Shown: one piece after another, positions 10,960-24,151 of the stretch
Position numbering within the stretch: the stretch's first letter is position 1
How the letters are laid out: each line of letters begins with the position of its first letter
DNA from: Octopus vulgaris
Lineage: Eukaryota
Direction of reading: 5' to 3'
DNA: 64,000 nt
Assembly: GCA_951406725.2 (NCBI GenBank)
Contig: OX597814.1
Location: 119,784,001 to 119,848,000 of the forward strand
Notes under the pieces: model-generated
The model's database searches: none
What the model was told of the DNA's origin: nothing
The model's input: the letters and a program-made list of their open reading frames with translations, nothing else
Position numbers and translations under genes: made by a program

Positions 10960-11385
10960 AGAAAGATTGACCATTATGTAAACCTCCTTGAGGAATGTGA
11001 AGACGCAGGCTCGAAAGCGGAGCATTTTCCAATCGAAGACGGATGTAGAGGGTTTGTGGGACACAGTGTGGGATGACTATTATTATTGTTGGGCGCAACT
11101 AATCGTAAGGTGATCCAAATTACAATGGCGAAGGTTAGCCAATGGACTTGCTTAAAAAGAGATGATGAGAGATGGGTTGAGAAATATTGAGCAATAATTA
11201 ATAAGCACTTGATCTAGCAAGCGGGGCATCATATCAGTGAGGTGGGCCGGTGCGATTTGATGCCGTCGAGAAGTAGGCCCCGAAAGAGCGCGCATTCTCT
11301 CCTGATGACAACAAGAACTTGCTGGCTTCCGGTGTGCGGAGGTCTCGACTGGTAGCATTTGCATGGGCAAATTGTTTGCAACACA
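10960..11385 (+). mobile_element. 3' fragment of an RLE-type (HERO-like) non-LTR retrotransposon
   Basis: Translates RKIDHYVNLLEECEDAGSKAEHFPIEDGCRGFVGHS...KVSQWTCLKRDD, matching the K..KY..L...C...GW....FPVEVGCRGF endonuclease C-terminus. A GC-richer 3'UTR follows, ending at a (CA)/(TA) tract. Confidence 0.7.
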
Positions 11386-11769
11386 CACATACAGATAGAT
11401 ATATACATGCACACACACATATAGATATATACACATATATATAGATATATATATACACACATATATATATATACATACATACATACACATATATATATAT
11501 ACACATACACACACACGTATATATATACGTGCACACAAATATATATATATATACATACACATATATATATGCACACATATACATATATATACATACACAC
11601 ATATACATACATATTCATACACACATATTCATACACACATATATATATATATACACACACATATACATACACACATATATATACACACACATATTTATAT
11701 ATATATATATACACACACACACATATATATACATACACACACAAAATTTGATATATACACACACGCACA

Positions 11770-11801
<32 letters not shown>

Positions 11802-12643
11802 TTATTTATATATGCAGTAAAAGCAGAAACTATAAACAATATATAAACGAATAATCTTTCTTCATTAAGTTATAATAGAATATTTTGTAGGTGCAAAATA
11901 TCTATTCCTATATGTCTATGTAAAACGTGTATATACATGTTTTCATGTTCATGCGTATGAGTGGGCATGCGTATGTTTGTGGCAAATATCGTAATATATT
12001 GGCGAAATTAGAGAGGTGGGCAAATCAATATGTTGCATTGACAGACTTTACAAGTCTGTCAATTCTTAAATATTATAGATTCTTTGGTGAATAATCCCTC
12101 ACAGTGTAAAACTTCAAAGCGAAGATAGGCAGACCTCTATAGACACCAAGATCTGTTTATAGCAGAAAATCAATATTCAATCAATAATAATAGATATTAT
12201 ATTTTAGTTAAATATTGCGTTATTGGTAGAATAAATATTTCGTCTATAAACTTTGAACAAACGATAGATAGCCTAACATAATGTTATCATCGCATGAAAC
12301 CTTAAAAATATAATGAATGTAGACGAGAAAAATAGCAAAGACACACTCATATATTCTTTCATACATTATATATATATATGTGGGGGGGGGGGAGAGGGAG
12401 AAAACAACAAAAACAGAATTATATTTGCATATATAATGTTATATAATAGATTATATAATTATATACGTGTATAAGACAGGCATTAATACTTTTATGTGCT
12501 AAGATGAATCGGATATGCACAAACAATACAAGGTGAGTTGAAAAAGCACTTCTCTCCTTGAAAATTTGACCTGGTACGCTCACCTATTTACCCATTCTCA
12601 TACATGTTTGTGTGTGTGTCTGTTTGTCTGTATGTATGTATAT

Positions 12644-12677
<34 letters not shown>

Positions 12678-12874
12678 ACATATATATATATATATGTGTC
12701 TATGTCTGTATATAAATATATATATATATATGTCTATGTATATAAATATATATATATATATATGTCTATGTATATACATATATATATATGTGTCTATGTC
12801 TGTATATAAAAATTTATATATATTTATATATATATGTCTATGTATATATATATATGTCTATGTATATATATATA

Positions 12875-12912
<38 letters not shown>

Positions 12913-13012
12913 TATGTATATATATATATATATATGTCTATGTATACATATATATATATGTCTATGTATATATATATATATATGTCTATGTATATATATA
13001 TATATGTCTATG

Positions 13013-13088
<76 letters not shown>

Positions 13089-13141
13089 GGACTCCGTGTG
13101 GGCAGTTATCTAAAAGTTTTTGTTCGTCATGATGCTGACAT

Positions 13142-13246
13142 AAGTTCCTTGTCTTTCCTGGTGAGAAGGCGGCATAATGCACCCGTTATTCCTTCGGAAT
13201 TAGGAATATGCCGTCTTCTAAACATATGTCGAGAATAAAGGAATTT
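13142..13246 (+). ncRNA. Decayed type I hammerhead-like motif with long stem II, in a ~190-bp insert in (TA)n
   Basis: AAGTTCCTT..TTC-CTGGTGA-GAAGGCGGCATA...TATGCCGTCTTC-TAAA-CATATG-TC-GAG..AAGGAATTT. Two core substitutions, but a 12-bp stem II and a palindromic stem III are intact. Confidence 0.6.
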
Positions 13247-13289
13247 TGTTAAATCGTCGTTCGACTCAATTCTTTTATTTATATATATA

Positions 13290-14932
13290 TAGTATGTTTA
13301 AATATTTGTTGTGCAAGATTTAGTATGTGAAGTCGTGTGTTGAAACAGATATTGTTATATTTCGGAATGGTCATATTGCCAATTTAGCCAATAAAAACAC
13401 ACGCACTATATATTTGGTGTTATTTTGCTTCAGTGTTATTTATTTTTTACATTAATCTTAATCTTATTTCGGCCAAATTTCTTTCGTCACACTCCTGTGA
13501 CCGCATCAGTGGTCCTTTTTTTCTTCTTTCTTATTTGTGTCTCTTCTTACTAACCGTCAGTCATTTTGTATTTATATTGTATGTCTTCATTTGTGTATGC
13601 TTATATCTCTATGTGCGTCTATGTTTATTTAGTGTGTGTATGTGGGGGGATACCTGTAATATTCTTTCCCTTGGTAGGATTGTAGTCGCTGCTGTTTCTA
13701 GCTATTGATTCGTCATCAATTCGTTTGCCATGAAATTCCTCAGCAAGTCTTAATTTCCCTCAAAATTCCGAAATATCGTCTTTCATTTCATAGTAATTTG
13801 AACGTTGTAGACTTGCAGTAAATTTAAGTCCTTTGGAAATTATGCTTATTTCGTTAGGTGTAAGTTCTTTATTTGAGAGATTGATTATTTTAATTACCTG
13901 TGGTTTATTTTGTTTGTCCGTTGCCGTCGTGTATCCCTGTTCCTGTGAGCTAGGTCTAAAAGACGGTTGAAGTTATGTTCAAAAGCACTTTATCAGTCTC
14001 CTGTTGTTATAATTTTTAGAGTGGGTTTGTGGTCCTCTGTTTTGTAATGTGTTTTTGTATCTCGTGTTCCGTCTTAGTGTATCAGGTATATTTTGTTGGT
14101 AGATGTTTCTTTCGTAGTGCGTTTTTTGTTTGTTAAGGTTGTACGGTTGGTTCCTAGAGGTTCGGTAGTTGAGTCTTAGTTGGGTTATGTATATTGTAGT
14201 TCATAGAATTGTGTGTTGCATCGCTATGGTTCTTGGAATGGTGTGAATGGTCCCTGTAATTGTTTTGGGATTGGTTTAGGTAGTGCGGGGTGCGTTTAAA
14301 ATGACGTTTTCTGTATGGAGTGTATTTAGATTTCTTGGTGGTTGTTTCGTTCTGTTAGTATTTGGTTTTGTTTTTCTGAATTTTATGAAGGGGTTGTTGG
14401 ACATGTGTTCATTTTTGAAGTTGGTTTCATAATCGAAGAACGTGTTGGCGCTCTTTTCTCATCGCTGGAGGGACTTTAGTTCCCCTGTTTCACATTCTTC
14501 TTTCCATAGTTTAAGTAATGTTTTAGTATTAATGCCGTCTGTTAGTTTGTTAATTTCTTCATCTATGGTTTTTATTGTTTCTTCATTCGTCTTAGCTCTC
14601 AGTTTTAGTAGTTCGATTTTCATCTTCATTTTTTTCTCTAAGTCTTCTTTGTTCTTCTGGTTCTTCTAGGATGGGTTTTATTTGTAATTTGCGGGGTATG
14701 ATTAGGGGTGTTGAGTTAAGCCACTTTTGGTAAATCTCTGCTTTATTCTGATTTTGTATCTTTTTCCAAAATGAGAATTTTCTGTTTCGCTGCAGCTTTC
14801 TCCAGTCTTCTTTTTTATTACACTTAACTTTTAAAAATATTTTTGATAAGGTTCGTTTTTTCAAGAAGAACTGAGACATGTAAGATTTCTAAGAAAATTA
14901 AAATTTATCTTATATAGTGGCGTTTTCAAACT

Positions 14933-14938
<6 letters not shown>
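13290..14938 (-). mobile_element. Internally deleted Penelope-like element (N-terminal ORF region plus 3' pLTR)
   Basis: Minus strand near 13890-13710 gives IINLSNKELTPNEISIISKGLKFT..DISEF*GKLRL, the conserved pre-RT PLE motif. Upstream is a disrupted coiled-coil-like N-terminus (14592-14879). RT and EN are absent. An HHR-like CTGATGC-GGTCA..TGGCC-GAAA lies at 13460-13515. Confidence 0.7.
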
Positions 14939-14961
<23 letters not shown>

Positions 14962-14963
<2 letters not shown>

Positions 14964-15190
14964 CTAAGCAATAAAGGGTTTAGCAACGAATTGCCTTACC
15001 ACAGACCGAATTTAGAAATAGCAGTCAAAGAGTTATAGCTATTTCTTCTACTAAAAAGGGAGATCTCAGTAAAAAACACAGCAATTGTAAGGCAGACACA
15101 AACAGGTAAGAGAGAATGAATTGACGGCAATCTATCATACAATTTTAAGTTATCTACGGACGCACGTTTCGAAATCAAGTTTCTAGGAAA
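14962..15190 (-). mobile_element. Probable PLE pLTR fragment with only the 3' half of a hammerhead
   Basis: Island within (TA)n. Minus strand reads GATTTC-GAAA-CGTGCG-TC-CGTAGA at 15153-15176, truncated upstream. Confidence 0.35.
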
Positions 15191-15769
15191 GCATATATAT
15201 ATATACTATACACACACATACATACACACACGTGTAGATATGTAAATGTATATATGAACTTCTAATTAGATGTATAGGCGTTTATATTTATATATCATAT
15301 GCATGTTACATGTGCGTCTGCACGTGTGTTTATCGATATATCCATTCATAGATTTGGGACTTGGCCTGTTTGTATATATGAATATGAATGTTGTTTGTGT
15401 GCGGTCAAATCGGTTAGCTGCAAGCGGGATGGGCTGAATACTGATCAGCTGTTAAGCACGCTTAAAAAAAAACGTCACATGGGTGTAAGCGGGTATTTAT
15501 TCGTGAACGATATAGTACAATGTGCGAATGGTTTTATGGGACAGTTAACTGTCCAAAACAAAAGGTTTTTAATTTATTCCTATCACTGGTTGGCGTTGAT
15601 GTTGCTATATATGAGTTTACAGGGACATATTATCCAGGTGGTTACCATGTTTGTTCTCAGTTCGATTCCAGAGGTCGCTTAACACACCGGTCCGTATTCG
15701 ATGACCGTGCCTGCAATTAGTTGATAGACAGATAAAACGCTAACAAAAAAAAAAGCAAGTGTATTGCAC

Positions 15770-16055
15770 TATAGCCTCGGGCCGACCAAAGTCTTGTGAG
15801 TGGATTTGGTAGACGGAAACTGAAAGAAGCCTGTCGCATATATGTATATATGTGTGTGTGTATGTGTGTGTTTGTCCCCCCCAACATCGCTTGACAACCG
15901 ATGCTGATGTGTTTACATCCCCGTAACTTAGCGGTTCGGCAAAACAGACCGATAGAATAAGTACTAGGCTTACAAAGAATAAGTCCTGAGGTCGATTTGC
16001 TCGACTAAAGGCGGTGCTCCAGCATGGCCACAGTCAAATGACTGACATAATTAAG
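15770..16055 (+). mobile_element. tRNA-derived SINE family A (CORE-like), 5'-truncated
   Basis: TAGCCTCGGGCCGACCAAAG...GGCGGTGCTCCAGCATGGCC..ATGACTGA is shared with 21113, 37074, 48486 and 61970. Confidence 0.85.
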
Positions 16056-16146
16056 AGTAAGAGAGAGAGTGTGTAGAGAGAGTATACGAGAGCTGTGGTA
16101 CTCAAGGATATTCGATACAAGTATGTGCTCAGAAATAGTCAATACA

Positions 16147-17390
16147 CATGGCTTGGCTTCGCGAACGTAGATTAGGGAGGTTTTCTACGTCGCCTGCAGG
16201 CATGCTCATGACTGACAAGTCCGATGCGGGAAAGACAGGTCCATGGGCAGTGTCCACAGACGAAGGTAATATCCGGTGCTATGTCAGAGGCGGCTCGAAG
16301 CTTCTTCCTGCATCTCTTGTCTTCATGCGCGTCTCTTCTGTGTAATTCAAATTCGTTGACCGCGTTGAAGATCGTGTGGCGCCAAGCACCACGGTCCGCA
16401 GCCAGGTCTGTCCACCATTGGTGGTCAACATAAACATGCGGTGAGAGACTTTTTGAGGCAGGCGTTGTTGCGTTTCCTCGGGGCTCCTCTCTCACAGTGG
16501 CCGGTGGAGAGTTCGCCAAACAGGGCAATCTTAGGAAGGCAATGTTTCTCCATTCTCGAGACATACCCTGCCGATCGGATGTGGTACTTCAGTAGCAAAG
16601 CTTCAATGCTCGGGATCTCGATCTACTCCAAAACAAGTTTGTGACGAAGTCACTCCAGTGAATGTTGAGGGTGGTGCGGAGACATCGTTGGTGGAAGCAT
16701 TAGAGGAGAAGGATGTGACTGCGTCAGGTGACCCAGGTCTCCGAGCCATAGAGGAGCGTGGTAAGAACCACAGCCCCGTAGACGCTGATCCTTGACTTGT
16801 TCTTCAGGTTATTATTGTGCCAAAAAATGTTTGTACAATCTGCCAAAGGAACTAGTTGCTTTAGAGAGTTTATTTTTAATTCCCTTGTCGATCTTTGCAT
16901 AGGATGAGAAGATGCAGCCCAGGTATGTGAACTGCTGTGTTGATTTCAGTTCGGCCCCGCAGATAGTGAGTGTGGGGTGGGCGGTATACCTCTTGAGGTG
17001 CAGGCTGGTGAAATACCTCCGTCTTTTGAGGCTCATCTCCTGGCCAAAGAGCCGCGAGATGTCAACAAAGCAGGACGTGATGTGCTGCAGAGCTCGCTCT
17101 GTGTGGGCGACGAGAGTAGCGTCGTCTGCGAAGAGCATGTCTCGGATCAGCCTCTCCTGGGTCTTGGTGTGGGTTTGGAGTCGCCATAGAGTGAAGAGGC
17201 TGTCAACCAGACGGTACATGACATGCACCCTATCCTCATCCTCCAGATCTTCAGTTGCATGCTTGAGCATCATGCTGACGTAGATGCTGAAGAGAGTCGG
17301 TGCCAGGACACAACCCTCCTTCGCGCCGTTGCTGATGGGGAATGGCTCCAACGAGTCACCAGTGAGTCTGATCTGGCCACGCTGGTTCAA
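16147..17390 (-). mobile_element. RTE-clade LINE 3' half (AviRTE-like), decayed
   Basis: Motifs GAKEGCVLAPTLFSIY, DMLFADD, FTYLGC and C-terminal CGHC..CLSRIGLVSHEHAC. The 3' end is TAATCTACGTTCGCGAAGCCAAGCCATG. Clearly GC-richer than the flanks. Confidence 0.9.
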
Positions 17391-17399
17391 TTTTCTTCA

Positions 17400-17660
17400 A
17401 GTGAATTAATAGGTCTAATATATATGCTTTCCAGAGCAAATGGAGGAAATACGTAGTGCGCATGACTCTAGACTCAGCGAACAGAATTTTGTGAACTAGC
17501 TGTCACATGGTGGACCAAACAAGAGATACAAAAGTACGCCCAAAACAATCTTGGAAAAGTGTAATGTAGAGCAGACTGCTTTAGAGAATCTTGTTTAGGA
17601 GTGCTCAGTGAGATGCTTTGAATATGTTATGAGCATAAATGCTAAATGGGGGCTGTATCG
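17400..17660 (+). mobile_element. Older RTE-like C-terminal remnant
   Basis: Fragments KWRKYVVRM and SHGGPNKRYKSTPKTILEKCNVEQTALENL resemble the RTE RW.GHVVRM / R.HGG.KKRYKD.LK..L motif. Confidence 0.4.
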
Positions 17661-20173
17661 AAATATGTATCTCAACAGGTTATGATTTTGCTTTTAGGTA
17701 TAACTGTGAATGTCATGCTAAAATTGGCCCTTGTCACCCACATCAGGACCCATAAAGTGTGAAGCTGATAACCTAGTCCTCTTCAAATGCAAGAAGAACA
17801 AATATAATCTATGTACATGATCTAATCAGTATAGGCCTCGATGTTAAAACAATACGAAATGGTTGGGTATCTGGATGCTAATCAAGTCCTTTTGTTGACT
17901 GAATATTTTAAAGTGAATGAACATCTTAGGATGCGAAGGTAAGATGCGTTGAAAGAACGATCTTGTATGAAATCGTTACTAAATCTTACTGCTGTAAAGC
18001 AGTAAGTTGAGGACACCTTATGCTGCGGCTGTTTTAAAGACCAGTTGAGAATACGATTCCAGCGGTTTTGTCAGTTTCAAACTGTATAGCAATATCTTAG
18101 TTATAGTGGAGACATAGGCAATAAATAATTTCAAGCGATGAAATCATCTCAGACAATATTTCTTAATACGTCTGGTACCTTCAAACAATTCTCAGATTGT
18201 GCTCACATGGCATAACCAAATAATACATAAGGGGATGAGAGAAAAACCAGAAAAGTTAAGAAGGAAGTAGATGTAAAATGTGGAAGTCTGAAAAACTTGC
18301 TCCGCATTCGATTTCATGTTTTCTTTTCCATCATACGGTTTTTCAACCTTTCACATTCTACTCGCTTTTACTCGTATTTTTTCTCTCATTCTATCGTCCT
18401 GTTTTAGATTGTTATGCCATATGGGTAAAGTCTGAGGATTGCATAAATGCACTGGATGTGTTAAAAGTTATGTGTGATGATTCCATCGCATGAAACTATT
18501 AATAACTCGTAAAAATATATATTGTGTTTATCATATCTCTCTCTCTCACACACACGTGCGTGTCTTCGATTCTGCGTGCGTTTGTATGTAATGTTGTTTG
18601 TGAGTATGCGTGCCTGTCGTGCGTGCGCCTCTGTGTGTCATTTTCTATGACAGCTACCACATGTTTATATCGCAGGTAAATAGGACTTTGTCAAGTTGAA
18701 CATTTCGTTGATAGCATGTACTCAATAGCGGACGTTTGCAGGTGTCTCATCAACCAAACAATTGAACGCAACCGTCTTGTCTCTTACATTATTCCTGACT
18801 CATATAAATGCAGATATACATACACGAATATACACGCACACGCATAGATGCACAGACACAGCTTTACACGCATGAGAACATATATATATTCAGATGTCTC
18901 ACAACAAACGCGCGCATACATACACACAATTAACTTCACACAAACACATGTATATATACTGATAAACGTAAAAAGAAATATTCACACTCGCTTTCTCGAC
19001 GAGCATATGCACACAGAGACATGTTTAAATATCCATGTATATACACACAAATGTGTACAGGCATGCATACATGTAAAGTGTTACAACGCACGCTTGTCTT
19101 ACCGTTTCATGTTAATATGACGGATGTTTAACTTCGATGTTTTCACACTGATGTTCATATAGCACATTAATCACTATTGATTTTACAAGGTGACCCTTTT
19201 ATTTGAAATATTGATCAAATATCCGAAAATTATGGCTCTCACTCAGTGCGTGCTTGCAGAAGTGAAATGTAAGTTTAACACATAAAATATTGTATGTAAA
19301 TAAATACATACATAAACTTAAATGAAAATAAGTAAACCAGATTGATTCCTAAATAAAGTCATATTAATGTATGAATAGTTCTATCAAACGTTCATAAACA
19401 AAATTTCATAACATCTTGGGTAGTCTACAACACCATGTGTGTCTGAAAGAAGGCCTGATAACATTTACGCTAAAGAAAAGTGGCATAGCAGATGCGAACA
19501 TTTCCAAATATTAAGAGTTCATATGAAATCAATTTTGTGGTGAAAAACAGTGTAAAAGTATCAAAAACACAGACTGATAATGTTTTTACAGAAAGTCAAA
19601 ACATGACCTAAATTTATGAAACAGAAAATATTTCGGAAATAACTGATAATATTCATGAAACAACCAAAGCATACTATTATTGGTAAAACGTACGCCTATC
19701 CAGATGCATATGCATGGATGCACTTATGCATACATTTATGCACACACAATTTATGTATTAACACATATTGAGAGTTCATGTGTTACTTATACATATATAT
19801 ACACCGTTATATATTTACAATGAGACAAACACTCGCAGATATACAAACACTCATATTCGCATAATTATTTATATGCACACATACACACATGTATAAAATT
19901 ATGTTTTAAAATCATTTCTGAAAATATATATGCAATTCTAAACATGACAATGAATTCTTTAAAGAACGTGTAAACAGAATATATAAAACAATTTTTCTTT
20001 TGTTTAATGTAAAGGAGATAATTTCATGAATATAGATAGAAAATAATATCAAATAATGAATTTATATATATTTTATGCTGTAAGGAAGCCATCTATATAT
20101 TTTGTAAGAATTATTATTTGTTTGATCTATGCAAAATTTTATGCCACTACTTCAATAGCGAATATAGAGGTCA

Positions 20174-20255
<82 letters not shown>

Positions 20256-20529
20256 GCGCACACACACACATATTTGTGTATGTGTGTAAGTTTTAATATG
20301 ATGAAATAGATATTGATCAGTTATAAGTGACTCTAGGCAATGTATAATGTAAAGAAATCAATATATTTGAGATGTGTTGAAACAGAAAGGCACATTATCT
20401 ACGTATAGTACGTAAATACACAATCATGTCTTCTGTATGTGAGTGTGTGCAGCGTTGTATTGTCATATATATATATATATATATACATATATATCCATCT
20501 ACCTACCTAACTACACACACAAATAAATA

Positions 20530-20567
<38 letters not shown>

Positions 20568-21112
20568 ATCTACCTACCTAACTACACACACAAATAAATA
20601 ATATATATATATATATACACATACACACAGTGTGTGTGTTTGTGACAATGTACTTCCTATCTTTTTCGAGGAAACAGCTTGACACAATTCGATAAAATAT
20701 ATGTAATTATTCGGCTTAAAGTTTGAACCTTCAACCTTACTGATGCAAATGGCTTGGTTCATTTTTAAGATGTTTTACAGGCCCTTTTCTCCACTGAGAT
20801 CGTCACACAATGGTAGAGTTCTTAATTATCAGCATCTTATGTGTATGGGTTACTCAAAATTTTAACACCATCTTTAGTCGAGATCGATGCCCATAATGTC
20901 ATCCTTGACAAACTGCTAAAATACTTTCCCACTCACACAATCTGTCTATCACTAACTTTCAGGAGTATCTTTTAAGACTTTCGAGAAATGTTTTAAGGTC
21001 GAGTATCTGAAGAAGTCAACGTACATGTGTATGCGACTTTTATGTGTAGGCATATTTCATAGCAATATTCCTCTGACTTATATGATGGTTTATAGATTCA
21101 TCAGCAGTATAT

Positions 21113-21395
21113 AGGCGTATGAGTGGCTGTGTGGTAAGTAGCTTGCTTACCAACCACATGGTTCCGGGTTCAGTCCCACTGCGTGGCACCTTGGGCAAGT
21201 GTCTTCTACTGTAGCCTCGGGCCGACCAACGATTTGTGAGTGGATTTGGTAGACTGAAACTGAAAGAAGCCCGTCGCATATATATATATATATATATATA
21301 TGCGACAAAGAATAAGCCCTGGGGTCGATTTGCTCGACTTAAGGCAGTGCTCCAGCATGACCGCTGGCAAATGACTGAAACAAGTAAAAGAGTAA
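21113..21395 (+). mobile_element. SINE family A, with tRNA-like head and internal deletion
   Basis: GTGGCTGTGTGGTAAG (A box-like), GGTTCAGTCCC (B box-like) and CCTTGGGCAAGT (CORE-like). Confidence 0.85.
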
Positions 21396-22389
21396 AGACT
21401 ATCTACGAGCTATTGTGGATTGAATTAAACGATATGACGTTTAATATGATTTTCGTAGGGCAATATTCCAAAAGCAGAACTGGAATCGACACAAGAGCCT
21501 GTTTAATGTTTTCATCTTAGCCTAAAAACAAGAAGCAGCAGAGTGCAATATATATCTTATGCTTTGGCTATCTCAGTGGCTTTAATACAAACCACGTCCA
21601 CGATAGAATGAATACTCAGGTAAACGCTCAAAATATGAATCCCATTCTTTTCAAGTTTTATGCACAGTAATTTATAAGTTGTTGGAGGAGAATGCCGACT
21701 AAGGTAAGATTATATTCGGAGCAAAAGGGCAAACAGTCAGTTAAAGTTGTCTTCCCACGACCGTGTCAGTATAGAACTTTTACTCAATCTATCAGCTACC
21801 ACTGAAGTTAACAAGAAGGTGATTTTGTTATTCTATAGAATCCGGCAAATAGCTGTGGCCTTTTCCCCACTAATATTACATTACATATAACCAGTTTTTG
21901 GCTGTAGTGTTTCTTTTCGCAAGAGCTGATAGATAATGACCAACTCGGCCCGGCAACCTATCTTAATGAGTTTCTGATTAGATACATTTTTGACAAAATA
22001 TTCTAGGCACATTCCCAAATGGAGTGAGTTAGGCAGTCTTGTTATTCCACCCCAAATAAAAGAGACCAAATAAGCAAGGCTTCTGTTTTACTGGTACTCA
22101 TTTGGAGTTTCCGATTTATACAAACTGCTCTTGGGCTGAGGTCCTCCAAAAACTATTACTATGTTTCAAGTACTGTTCAGATTGTCTGTTACAGTACAAC
22201 ACAAAAATAAAGCATTTTAAAACATGGTAGTTCCACGACAATAGGTAACACACTGTGCCTGAGAGAAAGCTATCCGATCTTGTGTATGTAGCTTATCTTA
22301 TTTTACATTACTTATCTTTTACAATATAACACCTTAAACTGTTACCTATAACTACGCTTGTTGGACCAGGGAAAATGGCTGTAATGTCG

Positions 22390-22553
22390 TTCTATATTTA
22401 AGAGATGAGTAATCATGTACCTTATATGGATATTTGTTCTCATCTTATTTGTTGTCGACACAAAGTTTCAGCTGATATACCTTCTAGCATTAATCAGGTA
22501 TCTTGGGGTAATTTCAAACTTGGGTTTTCATTCCTAAGGTATTTTTCGATATC

Positions 22554-22619
<66 letters not shown>

Positions 22620-23000
22620 TATTATTGCTATTAGTTAGATGGTTTGAAAGACGAGCTATTTTTTTATGGAGTTTCTCTGTATGTCTCCATTGAAGTCTAA
22701 TGTTGGCTCAGTACCGACTAGATAACAGTTCTATATTTAAGAGATAAGGAATTATGTCGTTGAAAGGCGAGCTCGTTTTGATGGAGTTTCTCTATATATC
22801 TCCAGTAAAATCTAATGTCGATTCCGTACCGATTAGATAATACAGTTCTATATTTAAGAGATGGGGAATTATGTACATTATTTATATTTGACGTATATTT
22901 CACCAAGACACCTGCTGAAAGCTAGACGGTATATCAGCCGAAACGTTGTGTTAACAACAAACGAGAGGACAAATATCCGTCAAATGTAAATAATGAATTA
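22390..23000. mobile_element. Rearranged PLE pLTR-derived repeats with two hammerhead-like motifs in opposite orientation
   Basis: Plus strand 22908-22951 reads ACAC-CTGCTGA-aAGCTAG..CAGCC-GAAA-CG-TT-GTGT. A more decayed reverse-complement copy lies at 22458-22502. A ~120-bp tandem duplication (22650-22880) and an (ATT)n tract lie between them. Confidence 0.6.
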
Positions 23001-23858
23001 AATCGTCATGCATGTAGCTGCTGGCAACTCAATGGCGACTGTATTGGGGAAAATATTCCTCACTATATCAGTCATAATTGCAACACGTTGCTATCTTCAT
23101 AACTGATTTAAAGAAGCATTATATATTATATTGAAACATGTGTTCACCGGCACAATTACCTCTATGTGAAATTTTTGGAGAATTTTCAAATTCATTCAGA
23201 GGCACAATAGAGTAACTAATATATATTCCTTTTCTTTGAAATGTATTTTTATAAAATATCGAATGGTAGTTCATGATTCATCTGACGTTAATGAGCACCG
23301 CTTTTATTGCTCATTCGAGACTTGACCGAAAGCTGATAATAAAGTTATATAGGTGATATCTCGACTAAAAACAAAACATTATTCGAGGTGTCCAAGAGTG
23401 TTATATTTTAGGATTTAGATACTGCAGAAAGTGATGTACAAAATAATTTTTTAATTGATATGTTGAGATACAAGTGTGTTGCCTGTACACATACAGTTAA
23501 CTTACTTGAAGATTGCAAACATTTTGTAGCAAAATAGGAAGTGGAAGAATACAGTTGCATCAGAAGGTGTAAGTATGTTTTTGAATTAGTTTCTGCAGCT
23601 TTACTGGACAAATCCGTTGTCCTATCTGGAATGAAGACGTTTTTATTTAACGATCAAATATTAACGGTAACATTTCTAAATAGGTACAAACATAGAGTTC
23701 AAGACTTATGAGAGTTTCACCATCAGGATATTCAAATATTAATATTAAAATCAAAATGTATTAAATATTAAAAGTTACAAAAATTTGCACGTACAAATGT
23801 ATCTAAATAAGTCGGACATACAGTGTCCCAAATCACGAAATAATAGCTTTCTTTAAAG

Positions 23859-24151
23859 CAGTGCTACTCAAAGTGCCGGACCGCGAGCCATCAGCTTCTG
23901 GTACGCGTCGTGTTTCCAGGAAAGAAACAAACATTATTTAATACTTATGTAAAATGTTATTATGTGTTTAGAAAATAAATATAAAACAATATAATAATCA
24001 ACTTTTATTATATTCAATTTATATATATTGTTTCCGGTATAAATTAATATCACTAAGAAATATTATCGGTCCCTGTCACATTGGCCCCAAAAAAAAGGAA
24101 AAAAGGAAAAAAACTGCCGGTACTTCACATCAGATAGTTTGAGAAGCACTG
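23859..24151. mobile_element. hAT (Charlie-like) MITE
   Basis: TIRs CAGTGCTACTCAAA / TTTGAGAAGCACTG. The 8-bp TSD is CTTTAAAG / CTTTACAG. Confidence 0.85.

Noticed and set aside
12038-12062. Short palindrome TTGACAGACTTTACAAGTCTGTCAA
   Set aside because: An 11-bp stem with no associated element boundaries. Insufficient to assign a function.
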